Shown: piece by piece, positions 35,862 to 49,550 of the stretch
Numbering within the stretch: position 1 is the first letter of the stretch
Layout: each line of letters opens with the position of its first letter
Source of the DNA: Pristiophorus japonicus
Taxonomy: Eukaryota
DNA: 64,000 nt
Direction of reading: 5' to 3'
NCBI RefSeq assembly: GCF_044704955.1
Contig: NC_091980.1
Coordinates: 99,324,001-99,388,000 of the forward strand
Made by a program: the position numbers and the translations under genes
Notes under the pieces: generated by a model
The model's database searches: none
Told to the model about the DNA's origin: nothing
The model's input: the letters and a program-made list of their open reading frames with translations, nothing else

Positions 35862-37725
35862 TAGAAACATAGAAACATAGAAAATATGTGCAGGACCATT
35901 CGGCCTTTCGAGCCTGCACCACCATTCAATAAGATCATGGCTGATCATTCACCACAGTACCCCTTTCCTGCTTTCTCTCCATACCTCTTTAGCCGTAAGG
36001 ACCATATCTAACTCCCTCTTGAATATATTCAATGAACTGGCATCAACAACTCTCTGCGGTAGAGAATTCCCCAGGTTAACAACTCTCTGAGTGAAGAAGT
36101 TTCTCCTCATCTCAGTCCTAAATGGCTTACCCCTTATCCTTAGATTGTGTCCACTGGTTTTGGACATCCCCAACATCGGGAACATTCTTCCTGCATCTAA
36201 TCTGTCCAGTCCCATCAGAATTTTATATGTTTCTATGAGATACCCTCTCATCCTTCTAAACTCCAGTGAATAAAGGCCCATTCGATCCAATCTCTCCTCA
36301 TATGTCAGTCCAGCCATCCCGGGAATCAGTCTGGTGAACCTTCGCTGCACTCCCTCAATAGCAAGAACGTCCTTCCTCAGACTAGGAGACCAAAACTGAA
36401 CAAAATATTCCAGGTGTGGCCTCACCAAGGCCCTGTACAATTGCAGTAAGACCTCCCTGCTCCTATACTCAAAACCTGTAGCTATGAAGGCTAACATACT
36501 ATTTGCCTTCTTCACCGCCTGCTGTACCTGCATGCTAACTTTCAATGATTGATGTACCGTGACACCCAGGTCTCATTGCACCTCCCCTTTTCCTAATCTG
36601 CCGCCATTCAGATAATATTCTGCCTTCATGTTATTGCCTCCAAAGTGGATAACCTCACATTTATCCACATTATTCTGCATCTGCCTTGCATTTGCCCACT
36701 CACCTAACCTGTCCAAATCACCCTGCAGCCTCTTAGCGTCCTCCTCACAGCTCACACCACCACCCAGCTTAGTGTCATCTGCAAACTTGGCGATATTACA
36801 CTCAATTACTTTATCCATATCATTAATGTATATTGTAAATAGCTAGTGTCCCACGCCACTGCGGCACTCCACTAGTCACTGCCTGTATTCTGAAAAGGAA
36901 CTGTTTATCCCGACTCTCTGCTTCCTGTCTGCCAACCTGTTCTCTATCCATGTCAGTACATTACCCCCAATAACATGTGTTTTAATTTTGCACACCAATC
37001 TCTTGTGTGGGACCTTGTCAAAAGCCTTTTGAAAGTCCAAATACACCACATCCACTGGTTCTCCCTTGTCCATTCTACAAGTTACATCCTCAAAAATTCC
37101 AGAAGATGTATCAAGCATGATTTCGCTTTCATAAATCCATGTTGACTTGGACCAATCCTGTCACTGCTTTCCAAATGCGCTGTTATTTCATCTTTAATAA
37201 TTGATTCCAACATTTTCCCCACTGCTGATGTCACGCTAACCAGTCTGTAATTACCCATTTTCTCTCTCCCTCTTTTTTTTAAAAAAGTGGTGTTACATTA
37301 GCTACTCTCCAATCCATAGGAACTGATCCAGAGTCGATAGACTGTTGGAAAATGATCACCAATGCATCCACTATTTCTAGGGCCACTTCCTTAAGTACTC
37401 TGGGATGCAGACTATCAGGTCCCGGGGATTTATCGGCCTTCACTCCCATCAATTTCCCTAACACAATTTGCCACCTAATAAGGATATCCTTCAGTTCCTC
37501 CTTCTCACTCGACCCTCGATCCCCTAGTACTCCGGAAGGTTTTTTGTGTCTTCCTTCGTGATGACAGAACCAAAGTATTTGTTCAACTGGTCTGCCATTT
37601 CTTTGTTCCCCATTATAAATTCACCTGAATCTGACTGCAAGGGACCTACATTTGTCTTCACTAATCTTTTTCTCTTCACATATCTATGGAAGATTTTGCA
37701 GTCAGTTTTTATGTTCCCAGCAAGC
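35862..37725 (-). mobile_element. CR1, 5'-truncated, decayed RT
   Basis: KSPGPDS, VYLDFQKAFD, KFADDTK and RGxLIE motifs; (catagaaa)n tail. Confidence 0.95.
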
Positions 37726-38048
37726 TCTATTTTAGCTCGGTTTTATTTTTACTGTTCTTAATTTCATCAATAGAACTTTTTACTTTAGAGCTAATGCCAT
37801 TTTTTTCTGCTGCTTTTCTGCATTTCAGCATGCCTTTGGTTCACCACCAGCAGTAGCATTTTTGCTGCTCCCAGTTGTCACTCTCACCTTAAGCACTATG
37901 CTTAGCTTTGGATTCCACTGCACTCACTGACTATTCTGAATTTGGAGAAGAGGAATTCCTGCTAAAGGAGGGAAGACAGATACACTTGCATCTCAGATAT
38001 CTGGCTCCCACCAGCAGGCAGCCCAGAACTAATGTGATACAACTCAAT

Positions 38049-38720
38049 CTTCTTCTTCTTCTTAGGCAGTTCCTCGGAGTCGAGAATGACTTGCTTCCAC
38101 ACTAATATGAGTTCTCAGGTGACTGATGAGTCCAATGCGGGACCTACATTTTCTGTCACAGGTGGGGCAGACAGTGGTCAGAGGGATGGATTGTTCTGCA
38201 TTCCCACCGCTGTTTGTGCTTGGCTTCCGTGTGCTCCCGGCAAAGAGACTCGAGGTGTTCGGCACTTTCCCAGATGCTTTTCCTCCATTTTGAACGGTCT
38301 TAGGCCAGTTTTCCCAGGTGTCAATGGGGATGTTGCACTTTTTCAAGGAAGCTTTGAGGGTGTCCTTGAAGCATTTCCTCTGCCCACCTTGGGCTCGGTT
38401 GCCGTGTCGAAGCTCTGAGTGGAGCGCTTGTTTTGGGAGTCTAGTATCAGGCATGCAGACTGTCCATCGAAGCTGATCGAGCGTGGTCAATGCTTCAATG
38501 CTGGGGATGTTGGCCTGAGCGAGAAAACTGATGTTGGTGCGCCTATCCTGCCAATGGATTTGCAGGATCTTGTTGAGGCAGCATTGGTGGTACTTCTCCA
38601 GTGCTTTGAGGTGCCTGCTATACATAGCCCATGTCTCTGAAGCATATAGGAGGACGGGTATCACTCCTGCTCTATAGATCATGAGCTTAGTGCCGTGTTT
38701 GAGGTCCTGGTCTTCAATAC
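38049..38720 (-). mobile_element. RTE-clade LINE 3' fragment
   Basis: LLYASETW...CLNKILQIHWQD...RLPKQAL, a C-terminal CPTCDRKC...HLRTH finger, and a (gaa)n tail. Confidence 0.88.
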
Positions 38721-39209
38721 AGCTACTTGGGCATGTAGCCCTGCCTTCGCAGTTTATGATTCAGTAGGGAAGCAGTCACCTAATTATGCCATCTACTGGA
38801 ACATCTCCTGCAGGCTACATCCAAGAAAGGATACCAATATTGCTTTGAATCATGGAGGACTTCATTCGATCAATATATACTATGTGAAATAAAGCAGAAT
38901 AACGCAGCAGCCACATGCTTTCATCCTAAGCCGTGGTACCATAACCATAAGCAGATCCTGCTTTCCATAAAAACAGGACTCTACTCTTACTGCCCAATAT
39001 CTAGTCCTACAATAGCATGACCCAGGGGACCACAATAATGAAACCTCTTGTCATATGTACTAGATACCATTACCTCACGTTCCTCCATGAGTGCTTCTTC
39101 AATCTCCTGTCAGGCAGACTGATTAACATTGTAGCGATACAAGGTCAGTTACATATCATCAAGCATTTTTATTTTACAAACCGTAAATGATCATACAGAG
39201 AAACAGGTA

Positions 39210-39340
39210 TCGCCAGCACGGTTGACTCTTAACTGCTCTCTGAAGTGGCCAAGCAAGCCACTTTATTAAGGGCAACTAAGGATGGGCAATAAATGCAAGC
39301 CTGTGCAGCAAGGCCCATGTCCTGAGAATGAATGTAAAAA
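39210..39340 (+). mobile_element. HE1/HER1-type 3' tail fragment
   Basis: gggcaactaaggatgggcaataaatgc...gcccatgtcc matches the tail at 57845-57910. Confidence 0.6.
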
Positions 39341-39401
39341 ATGCCAATTAATTCAGTCATTCTTCCTGATATAGAAAAACTATTAAAGCATGGTACATTA
39401 T

Positions 39402-39918
39402 CAATCATCACCATCGGCAGTCCCTTGAAATCGAGGAAGAATTGCTTCCACTCTAAAAGTGAGTTCTCAGGTGACTTTACAGGGAATTACAGGTGGGACA
39501 GACAGTGGTTGAAGGAAAGGATGGATGGGAAATCTGGTTTGCCACATGCTCCTTCCGTTGTCTGCGCGTGATTTCTGCTTGCTCTCGGCGACGAGACTGG
39601 AGGTGCTCAACGTCCTCCCGGATGCTCTTCCTCCACTTAGGGTAGTCTTGGGCCAGGGATTCCCAGGTGCCGGTGGGGATGTTGCACTTTATCAAGGAGG
39701 CTTTGAGGGTGTCCTTGAAATGTTCCCTCTGCCCACCTGGGGCTTGCTTGCCGTGTAGGAGTTCTGAGTAGAGAGCTTGCTTTGGGAGTCTTGTGTTGGG
39801 CATGTGGACAATGTGGTCCATCCAATGGAGCTGGTCGAATGTAGTCAGTGCTTCAATGCTGGAGATGTTGGCCTGAGCGAGAACACTGACGTTGGTGCGT
39901 CTATCCTCCCAGTGGATA
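39402..39918 (-). mobile_element. RTE-clade LINE 3' fragment
   Basis: Homologous to 38049-38560. Confidence 0.88.
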
Positions 39919-39932
39919 GTGGACACTATCCA

Positions 39933-40753
39933 AATTTAGCTTGTTAACTTCTGCTCAGCTTTTTTCTGAATCTCTTGGCTCTGAGCTTAAACACGAGAGT
40001 TTTCTTTTGCTAGATTGGGCTCGCTTCCTATACCTTGCTGAACTGATCCGACATGGGCCTTGAATTTGCGGTTGGAGGCTTTCCGTGGGGAAATACCTCC
40101 GATCCACGAATAAAATGCCCGTATACCCAGTAGTCCAAGAGGTACCGAGACTTGCGGTCCTGGGCCTCTCAGGGTACCCGCGGGTAGAGGCCCACTGTAA
40201 GAAATTGTGAATTGGAAGAAATAACTTGAGACCAAAAAGTCTCTTCAGAATTGAGGGATTCATTCCATGGTACAATAGTTAAAGCGACTTGAACAGCATG
40301 AACATAAATAACTGATAACAGTAAGCTAGGGGCAAAAGCTTCTTCGAGGTGGAAATCAATGCTGACTTAAGGCCTAACACCTTGATCAAGTTTAGCTTCT
40401 GAGGTGGATCGATCCTGGTTAATAACCTAACATCTCCAACCGCTCGAGGGACAAACCAACAGAAGTGACCGCTGCCACAGACTGCAGAGATCTGCTGACC
40501 CAAGACCCTCGCGCTGCCTTATCAGGCATCTAACTATCAGTCTGTCCGTATGTTCATCTGTCCATTCGGTCGTGCCATTCCGCTCCGGAGGTCGTAGATC
40601 GCTCTCTGCTGTCACGAATTGTATGACTATTATACTTATCTTAACTACATGTAGTATCTGATTATGCTTTAAATTGTATCTCTTTAATAAAATACCTTAA
40701 AACTCCTAAGACCCTTTGGGTATCTGTGTGTGACCTGTGATCCTAATCTTACA
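39933..40753 (+). mobile_element. Probable solo LTR (5' end uncertain)
   Basis: CpG-rich island with AATAAA at 40686, a GT-rich tract and a terminal ...TTACA abutting a MITE fragment. Confidence 0.45.
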
Positions 40754-40754
40754 C

Positions 40755-41072
40755 CACGTATCCCCCCAGGGGTGCATGCTGTTCGCAAGCATCCCTGGGA
40801 TCATGTGGGCCAGCCCAACCAATAAAAGAAGGGGATTCCCATTCCCTTTTACCAGACGTAAAAATTTCACGGGCATTCGCTACGCAGAAGTTGGACAAAT
40901 AGCCCAACTCTCCGTCCGCGGATGCCCTTTTCGCAGGCATGTATTGGACCTATCTAGAAGATTCTTGACAGATGAAAAGTTCTGGATTTTCATGCATGCA
41001 CTTCGTGCGCGAAAATCTGAAACTTGCATGGCCCTTACAGGCGCGTGTGCACCTCGTATGCAAATTACAGGC
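40755..41072. mobile_element. MITE fragment (family of 14633-15147)
   Basis: Shared ggatcatgtgggcc...aaccaat and caaatagcccaactctccg blocks. Confidence 0.6.
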
Positions 41073-42775
41073 CCTCGTGTTTCTCTCTTCTTTTGTCCCC
41101 TACCTGGACGGAAAATGGGCAGTGTTACTTCTGATTCCTTCCCATCTGCTAGTTGGTCAGGAGTGCTGCCAATGAAGCAAGCTACTGCACTCCCAGGAGT
41201 GGATTTCCGACTGATAACCCATGTGGAGCTTACAGGCAGTGTGGTTATTTTAACATACCTGCTTTGGATGCCTCGTGGAATCGTCTGAATGTAACGACCT
41301 CTATTTGTCTTGATCTGATAAAGATAACAGTTTAAATGATTAGCTAATTAACTTTCAGGAAAGCTCATTAATATATTTATCTCCTCTTTGCTTTACTGGT
41401 CCAACCTGCCTTTCTCTGTCAAGATAACAAACCTTTGTGAATTAACAACATTCCAAATCTGTATTCATGACAAAAGTTTATTATAGCTTGAACCAAAAAT
41501 CCTTCCTATATCAAATAGTCAGGAATCCTAAAATATGACAGGCAAAATAATCAGTTTGGCTGCTAGGTGACCAGGGTTACTCTTTCCTGCCCTTGCAATT
41601 AATACCAGCTTTTGATGTCAGATCAAGTAGTATCCTGGGGTATATAGCTCTTAAAAAAAGTGTCATCTATTGAGTGCTGCACAAATTTACCTTTTGGAGA
41701 AGAGAAGCAATGCAGCCAGAAGGGCTGGAATGAGACCTTGCAGCCTTGTCTGTAGAGAAAGAGGAGAAAGAAAAGGAGAAGCGCCAAAGGCTGATGCAAG
41801 GCCAGGCCATCTGGTGTGGTGAGGAGTCACCGACAAGGTTGTCTCTTAAAAGCAGCCCTTGAATTCCTCTGGTGATCACCCTATGGCCTTCATTGTAGTA
41901 AACTGACTCTACAACAACAAGATGACCTTAACGCCCCTTGCTTCATCACCATCCCTACATATTAGGCCCTAGTGCCAACATGCAGATGCCCTTTCAGTGC
42001 AAAAAAAATCATCCTCAATCATCCCAAAAATAGGTGGTTATTTCTCTACCCCATGTGAGTATTTCTAAACAACAACTTGCATTTATATAGCACCTTTAAC
42101 GTAGTAAGATGTCCCAATGGTTCCCCAGTCGATGCCCTTGATGATAATGTAGGGTGTGTGTTGCCTACTTCCTCATCGCTTGTTCCTTCTAAGTACCTAC
42201 CCCATGGGGAGCAGTGAGTATATGATGCATGTTGCTACTTCTCAGTGTGGACCTTGTGATGTAACTGTCAGAAATTCCCTGTTTCTGCTGTGCCATGACC
42301 AGCATCTCAACATTTATGTTGATAGGTTGCTGCTCTCTCCTACTGCCTTCTCTCTGAGGCAATCCTCTGAGGGGGCTGTGTGGAAGTGACAGATAGATCC
42401 TCACGTTCAGAAGTAAGCTGCTTATTCATCTTTCCCACTGCCATATCTTAGCTGCTAGCCCTCCTTTGTGGATGACCAGGATATGTGTAGGGACAGACCC
42501 TTGACCATGACTAAAAAGTATGCAGCCAGTAATTAAGGTGCTGTCAAGCCAATCCTCTAGCCTTTGAGACATGAAGTGAGTGCCTCCTGTAAATTGGAAC
42601 CCAAAAGCTCAGTAACAACAGACACAGAGTTGGCAAACAAAACCTCATCAGCACTAGGATTCTCTGTTCTCTGCAGTTCCTCAACACATTGGAGTTGCCA
42701 TTCCCTCTATGATACTCTGCAGGTTCCCAGATCCTCTTAAGCCTACAGAGAAGTTAAAGCAGCACTGCTGCATAT

Positions 42776-43120
42776 AAAAACATAAAAACATAAGAATTAG
42801 GAGTAGGAGTAGCCCATTCAGCTCTGCCATTCAATGACACCATGGCTACTCTTCTACCTCAACTCCACTTGCCTGCACTATCCCCATATCCCTTGAGTCC
42901 CTTAATATCCAAAAATCTATCGATCTCTATCTTGAATATACTCAACGACTGAGCTTCCACAGCCCTCGAGGGTAGCGAATTCCAAAGATTCACAACCCTC
43001 TGAGTGAAGAAATTTCTTCTCATCTCAGTCCTAAATGGCCGACCCCTAACTCCTGGTTCGAGACACCCCAGCCAGAGGAAACATCCTCCCTGCATCTACC
43101 CTATCAAGCCCTGTAAGAAT
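42776..43120 (-). mobile_element. CR1 3' fragment
   Basis: FRTEMRRNFFTQRVVNLWNSLP motif and cataa(g)aa tail. Confidence 0.88.
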
Positions 43121-43799
43121 ATTCTCCACCATTTCATGCAGGGAGTTCTGAAGTTTCTTGAAGTATAGTGGTAAGAACTACTAATTAATCAATGCACATT
43201 GGTGAGGAAAACTTACTGGGGTCTGTTGTAGATTAATTGATAGAGATTGAATGCTAGGAATATTCAACAACTCCATTATCACTATCATGTGAGTACCAGG
43301 GTGGTAGAAAGCAAACTAGGTGGGCCTTTGTCTTTTTTCATCTTGCAATTCCTATGTTCCTATGGCCCCGAACTTGGTGGGAGCTAAGGCGCACCAGTTT
43401 CTCGGCGGAATGTGAGTTTTTGCCGCCTGCTGCCACAGGGGCCAGTTGGGCGGGAGTTTAGTCGCGGTTCTGTCGGCAGCAACAGGAACGGCAGGCAGCG
43501 GGAGTAGGCGGACGGGAGCAGGTGGCAGCAGCAGTGGGCGGTAGGTGCAGGCCTTTCGACTCGGCAAACATCGGAGGCCGTGCACCGCGAGATTTAGATT
43601 TTTTTTTGGAGTTTCTTGTGGGCGATGACATCACTTTTCCCCTGATTGGGGCTGAGGACACAGCTGTGCATGCACATAAAACCTCACTACTCACTTGCAC
43701 CTGCCAGTTGCAGGGGGGTCAGATTTGGAGAGAGAAAAACGAGATCATCATCAGCCATCCATCTAAGAAAGCGGTCATGAATACAAAAAACCTTCCAGG

Positions 43800-45385
43800 A
43801 TGTCTGATGGAGGGAAGCCCAGAGCTCCCTGGTTTAATGAGGAGGAGCTGGAGGAACTTGTATGTGAGGTGGAGCACCGTTATAAAGACCTCACCCAGGA
43901 TGGTCGTGGCACTCCTGCACCACCCCAATATAGACGCATTTGGTGGGAGATTGGGGAGGCCGTGTCCTCAGTGGGCAACATTGTGCGGGATGACGACCAG
44001 TGCAGGAAATGATGGAACGATATTGTTACATCAGCAAGAGTATGTAAACATGTATTGTTGCACTTTCGTACTACTCCAAAAGGTTCTGTGTCCGTTGTAT
44101 GTGTGTGTGTGTGTGTGCGTGTGTGTGCGTATGTGTGTGTGTTGCATGAGCAAATGGGTAAAGGCTGCAACCTTTATTTCTGCAGAAGAAAAGAGCATCC
44201 AACGCATCAAAGTGGCACCCGAGGGAGTGCACCGGAGGGGGCCCACCAAATGTCATCGAGGTGACTAGCTTAGAGAATCGTGCCTTGGCTCTGGTGGGTG
44301 ACCACCCCCGTGCCACCACACAGGGTGGTGCAGATCCCGTGCTAGAGCATGGTAAGCTTATACGAATCTCCGGTCTGCGTCATGCTCATGTCATGCAAGG
44401 TCATGTAATGTTATGTCAAATGCTTTTTACTGCACTGTGTGTCGCCCATTAATGGTGTGCTCATGTAGCGACGGAAATCCTTGAAGTAAGAATGTGAAAT
44501 GTGACGGTACACATGTCAGCATAACCAATTCCGCCCCCCCCTTCCCCCCACCGAGCAATGCACCCCATCCACCTCTGGCACACAAAGGCAGTGTAAAACA
44601 CTACCGCCTTCCACCTCGACACTGTCAGCAGCCCAACACACCAGCTCCTTCCACCATCCCTCCCCCTCGCAGATCACCCATATCCACCGCATCCACCTCC
44701 GCCACCCAGAGTCACAAACACCAGGAGGAAGAGAAGGGAGAAGTGGCAGTTTTCGTACCACTTGAGGTCGAGGAATTGCAAGAGGAGGACTCCAACCTCC
44801 TGACATGTGTATAACCTGTTTGGTCAGCATCGGTTTCAGGATCCGACTTTTTGGGCTTCGAATCGAACGGTGCGGGAACAAGTGTTAGGAGGCGCAGAAG
44901 CCCATGCCGGAACCACCCATGATGATGCAACAAGCCGATGAGGATACAGGACGGGTGGCAGCAATCCAAGAAATGGTCCAGTTGTCGAGGACGAGTGTCG
45001 AGCTAGGTCGAGATCTGCTGCAGGCTATGGCTGGCATAGCTGCCAGCATCACCACCTTTGCGGAGGAGCATTCTGTCAGTATGTCGCGGCTCATCAGTGC
45101 AGTGGAGCGAAACACCGACTCTGTAGAGGCCATGTGCCAATCGATGCTATCGGGCCATGTCATGCACCAGTGAGGCTAACAGACCCCGAGGAGCCGGAGT
45201 TGCCAGCGGTTTCCATCTCACCCCCTACATTCTCTCCAAGACGAACACAACAGCAGCACTCCGGCTGCCCTCCGGCACAACATTATGGAGCAGAGGCGGT
45301 GAGGGGCAGGGGTGCAGCTTGCCATGGTGAAGGTGGTGCCATGAAGAGGACGATGGGGGGAAAGAGAGGTGGTGGTAGTGGGTAG
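43800..45385 (+). pseudogene. Harbinger Myb/SANT-like gene
   Basis: MSDGGKPRAPWFNEEELEELVCEVEHRY...WWEIGEAVSS...RDDDQCRK*WND. Intron 44040-44184 (gtatgt...ctgcag); exon 2 has TGGG...LENRALAL. Confidence 0.8.
44098..44142. repeat. (TG)n microsatellite in the Myb intron
   Basis: Directly visible. Confidence 0.95.
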
Positions 45386-46245
45386 AGGGTTGGTTGTTGG
45401 TGCTGGTGATGTTGTTAAGTGTTCATTTAGTTGTTGCTGTTGGTTCACATGGTTCGTTTGGATTGTCACTTGACAGGTTTTGGAAATAATGTACACTTTT
45501 TGGATTCACTTATTTGCATGTTCTGTCACTTGCCATGCTGCACAATTCAATACAGACACATTGTTCACCAAGTCTTGGGGCTAGATTTTACACTTTTTTT
45601 GCATGCATAACGTCCACTTAATGTCCATTTTACCGCTGAAATGAGGTATAACGCCCAGATATCGCCCATTTAGACACAAAATGGAAATTGACACCCATTT
45701 TTTGGACACTTATCGCCGAGCATTACTTTCCGCATGTGCGTAATGCCGGGAGAAAATAATACCGCCCGCTCACTTTTTTTGGGCGGAATCATCAGAATGG
45801 GCGAAACCAACGGCCATAATATCGCCCAGCGCTAGTTTCCGCACAGAATTAACGCCAAGATTAAATAATACCGACCGCCCACTTTTTTTTGTCGTAAAGA
45901 TCACATTTGCCGAAACTAACGCCCAGGAGATTGCCCAGCGTCACTTTCACAGCCTCGCACACATCTTGCCCACAATAGCGCTCACCCAAAACACTGCTCA
46001 GAAAAAGTGGAACTGGTCTGAACGAATCACAGCGGTGTGGGCGTCATTTTTAAAATCGCAGGTCGCTTCATTCAAAAGGCTGCTTCAACTTCGGGGGAGT
46101 TTGGATTGGCTCTGGAGTTCTTCTCAGGTGAAGTAACTATCTCAATAGACATAGTTTCAGACTCTGGACTATTGGGGTTTACTGTAGGTGTATTTTAATG
46201 AGGAAATTATTGCTTCTGATCAATCGCTATTATACTTTCATTGCA

Positions 46246-47434
46246 ATGGGGCCAGCATCGATTAATACGCAGATGCTGCAGAGTGCAAATGGCTCAATGT
46301 CTAATGCACATCATTATGTGCCCAATTTAAGATGTGCCAGAATGAGGAGGAGGTCCAGACCATATACACCCCGCAAGTACAGGGAAAAGAGGTCTTACCT
46401 CGACATGTCCGACCACACCTGCCTTTTGAGACTGCGCTTCCACAAGGTGGTGATTAATGAAATATGTGAGCTCATCAGGCCACATATGCAGCCTGCCATC
46501 AGGACATCAGTGTCGGTCGAGGTCAAGGTCACCACGGCATTGTCTTTCTACGCGTCTGGTTCCTTTCGGGCCTCCGCGGTCGAGATTTCCCCTCTGTCTC
46601 ACCATGCCACACATCGCTGCATTAGACAGGTCAGGGAGGCCCTGTATGCGCGTAGGATGGACTTTATCAGCTTCCCCATGACCACGGAGGCTCAGACTGA
46701 CAGGGCTGAAGCATTCTACCACATTGCTAAGTTCCCCAGGGTGCAGGGAGCAATACAGTGCACTCACATCACCATGCGGGCACCTTCTCAGGACCCAGAG
46801 CTTTTTCGTAACGGAAAAGGATTTCACTCTCTGAAGGTCCAATAGTGGTCGACCACAACCAGATCATAATGGTAGTGAATGCTAAATGTCCGGGCAGCTT
46901 CGATAAGGCTCACATCCTGCGTGAGAGCGCTGTCTCTGACATGTTTAAGAGTCAGCCACAAGGACAATGCTGGATGCTTGGTGATAACCGATATGGCCTA
47001 GCCACCTGGCTGATGACCCCCCTGCGTGACACCCACACCGAGGCCGAGAAGCGATACGACCAGAGCCACAGAGACACACGCAATGTGGTCCAGAATACAA
47101 TAACTGTGCTTAAGCAGCGCTTTAAATGCCTGGAGACTCAGGAGGGGAGCTACAATACAACCCTGAGCAAGAAGGTAAATTTGAGGTCGTGTGCTCCATG
47201 CTGCACAACCTGGCTATCAGAAGGGGACAAGAATTGCCAAAAGGCTCTGATGGTCCCCCTGAAGAGAGAAAGGAACAGAAGGCCAAGGGGCTGGATGCTG
47301 ACCTAAGGCCAGACAATCAGGCTGACTATGCAACCATGCCCAGGCCCCCCTCCAGACCGCAGGAAAGGACCTGTGGTGGCTACATAGCTGTAAGACTCTT
47401 ACGTCAGGAGCTCATAACTGAACGATTTGCCTGA
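46246..47434 (+). pseudogene. Harbinger DDE transposase (HARBI1-like)
   Basis: SFYASGSF, FPRVQGAIQCTH, NGKGFHSL, WMLGDNRYG, WLMTP, MLHNLAI and ERFA*; stop at 46843 and later frameshifts. Confidence 0.92.
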
Positions 47435-47946
47435 AAAAACATTGCTTTGAGTGGCAACGCTGACACACTGCTGTGTGTGTGCAGCTCAGACATCAATGGT
47501 GGCCAGTTAAAGTTTAAGTTGATTGAAGTTAAGTTTTATTTAACCCTTTCATGTTAAGGAATCACCAGTGTGTAACGGTCCAGCTATCTGAGACAATGCG
47601 CAACAAGATTATGTTGAATAAAAACATTTTTATACGAGCATTGGTCTGAAATCATAAGTATCACGTGCAAAAACACCCCACCTCCACCCACACCCATTTT
47701 TTTGACCATTGACATCAATCAAATGGTCAACAAGTCCAGCAACACAATACAAAGGCAAAGCAGGAGGGTGGCCCCCTCCCCCTATACATTACAATAAATC
47801 ACATACACCCAGATGGAGATATAACGCAGCAATCACCTGTGGACATGTACCTCACTTTCCTTCCCCCCCTCCCCTTCTTCTCCCCTCCTCTACCCCTTCC
47901 CCTTCTCGTTCCATGCCGCCTGGCCGAAGAGCTCCTCAGGCGGTGC

Positions 47947-49550
47947 CTCATTCGGGGGGGATGAAGGCAGAGTAATGGTTGGAGCGGGGGTGCCGAGGGG
48001 GCAACATTCTCAGATCCAGAAGCAGGATCTTGGTCCTGCTATCGCCTTCAGGGCCTCTGCTATCTGCGGAACGTACGCTGTCATGGTGGCCAGCTGTCGG
48101 GATATGCCCCCCAATGCATCGAGGATTTGGTCACCAATGTCTACAGTCCTCCTGGACAACTGTACCTTCTCTCCACTCTCATGTGGCACTCATGGATCAG
48201 ACCTGCCGTGTCCACGAAACCTCCACGGGATCGGAGCAGTCCTGGGGACAAATGAGGTGCCCTGTGGCGAGGTGCTTGGGCCTGGTACCTCCAGAGCGGA
48301 GGCGGGATTGACCGGATGACTACTAGATGGCCTTGGGGTGGAATGGCTTCTGGAGCATGGTGATGCAGGTTCCTCGAAGTCCGTGCTCTCATCCGTAGAG
48401 AACAGACCCAGCAGATTGACGGGCGAGAATCGGAGCTCCTCAGCACCTGATGTAGGATCGTCTGGCGAGCCTGGCCCCGCGCCCCCACCTTCTGGTCTCT
48501 GTGGTCTTGCCTGGGGCCATGCTGCTGGCTGAGCTGCAAAACACAAATGAGGTTATTAGAGGAGAAGGGGGTGCGAGGGTCACAAGGTGAGTCCAGCGCT
48601 ACATACAACATATGCATGACAAAAGCACCACTGCTATCAAAATCATCACAGACATCACATTTCATGACCATCAACACATTCTGCATTGCAATGATTTTCA
48701 TTAGGCCAGCATTATTTATAGGACAATTTTAGAAATCATCTATCATATATGATTGTTTGGATATCAGTGGGTGTGGCATCTATTGACTTTACATCACGCA
48801 ATGGTGTAAACTTTATTCACGTGGCAGCACTTCAGGGTCTGCAGATGCTTGCGTGGCTGTCTGGGTGTGCTTCCCCACGAGTGCGAGCATCCGCTCCTCC
48901 ATCTCAGTGATGTCGCTGGGAACTGGTGGCCCCCCCAACTGTTTGCCTCTGCACAGACCTCATCGTCAATAGTTTCTTCTGTAAAAGGTGACAGGAAGAC
49001 ATGGCATGAGATCATTGCTAAGTACTGTCACAGAGACTGATATAACACGTAACCGACAGATGTAATCATGATTATTATGATAATTATTATTCTTTACCTA
49101 AAGACAAACACCGTGAACGCAGGCTTTGAGTACAACATTCCCGGTAAAAGTGAAAGACCTCACATCTGCTGATAGTCACTCATGACTGTTATAAATCAAA
49201 TTGTATAAATACATAAGTACATGTAAATAAATGTAATACTTACTCTTGCGTATCTGACAAGGTCGTTCCATCGTTTGTGGCATTGGTTGCACCTCGTTGG
49301 TCGTCAACGAGACCACCTCTGCTATCTCGCCCCATATCTTCTGATAGGCCTTTGGGGTGGGATTCCCACGCCCTCCCTGGGTCAAATCACCCCAGCGTAA
49401 CTCGAACTCCTGCAGGAGGGAGGCATTTGCCTCGTCCGAGAACCTCCTCCCTCTTTTGCACCCTCCAATGTGCTCCTCTCCCAGCTCACTGCTCTGGCCA
49501 GCGTCCTCAGTCTCCACAGCGTGCTGTGTCGCCTCCTCCTCTCCTTCCAT
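47947..49550 (-). pseudogene. Harbinger Myb/SANT-like gene, 3 exons
   Basis: RRFSDEANASLLQEFELRWGDL...IWGEIAEVVS. Donor near 49241, acceptors near 48978 and 48534. Confidence 0.8.

Larger units (their letters stand above)
43364..45577 (+). mobile_element. Harbinger-4, left part only, with Myb/SANT gene
   Basis: Begins ggccccgaacttgg. Cut by the TIR of Harbinger-3 at 45578. Confidence 0.65.
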
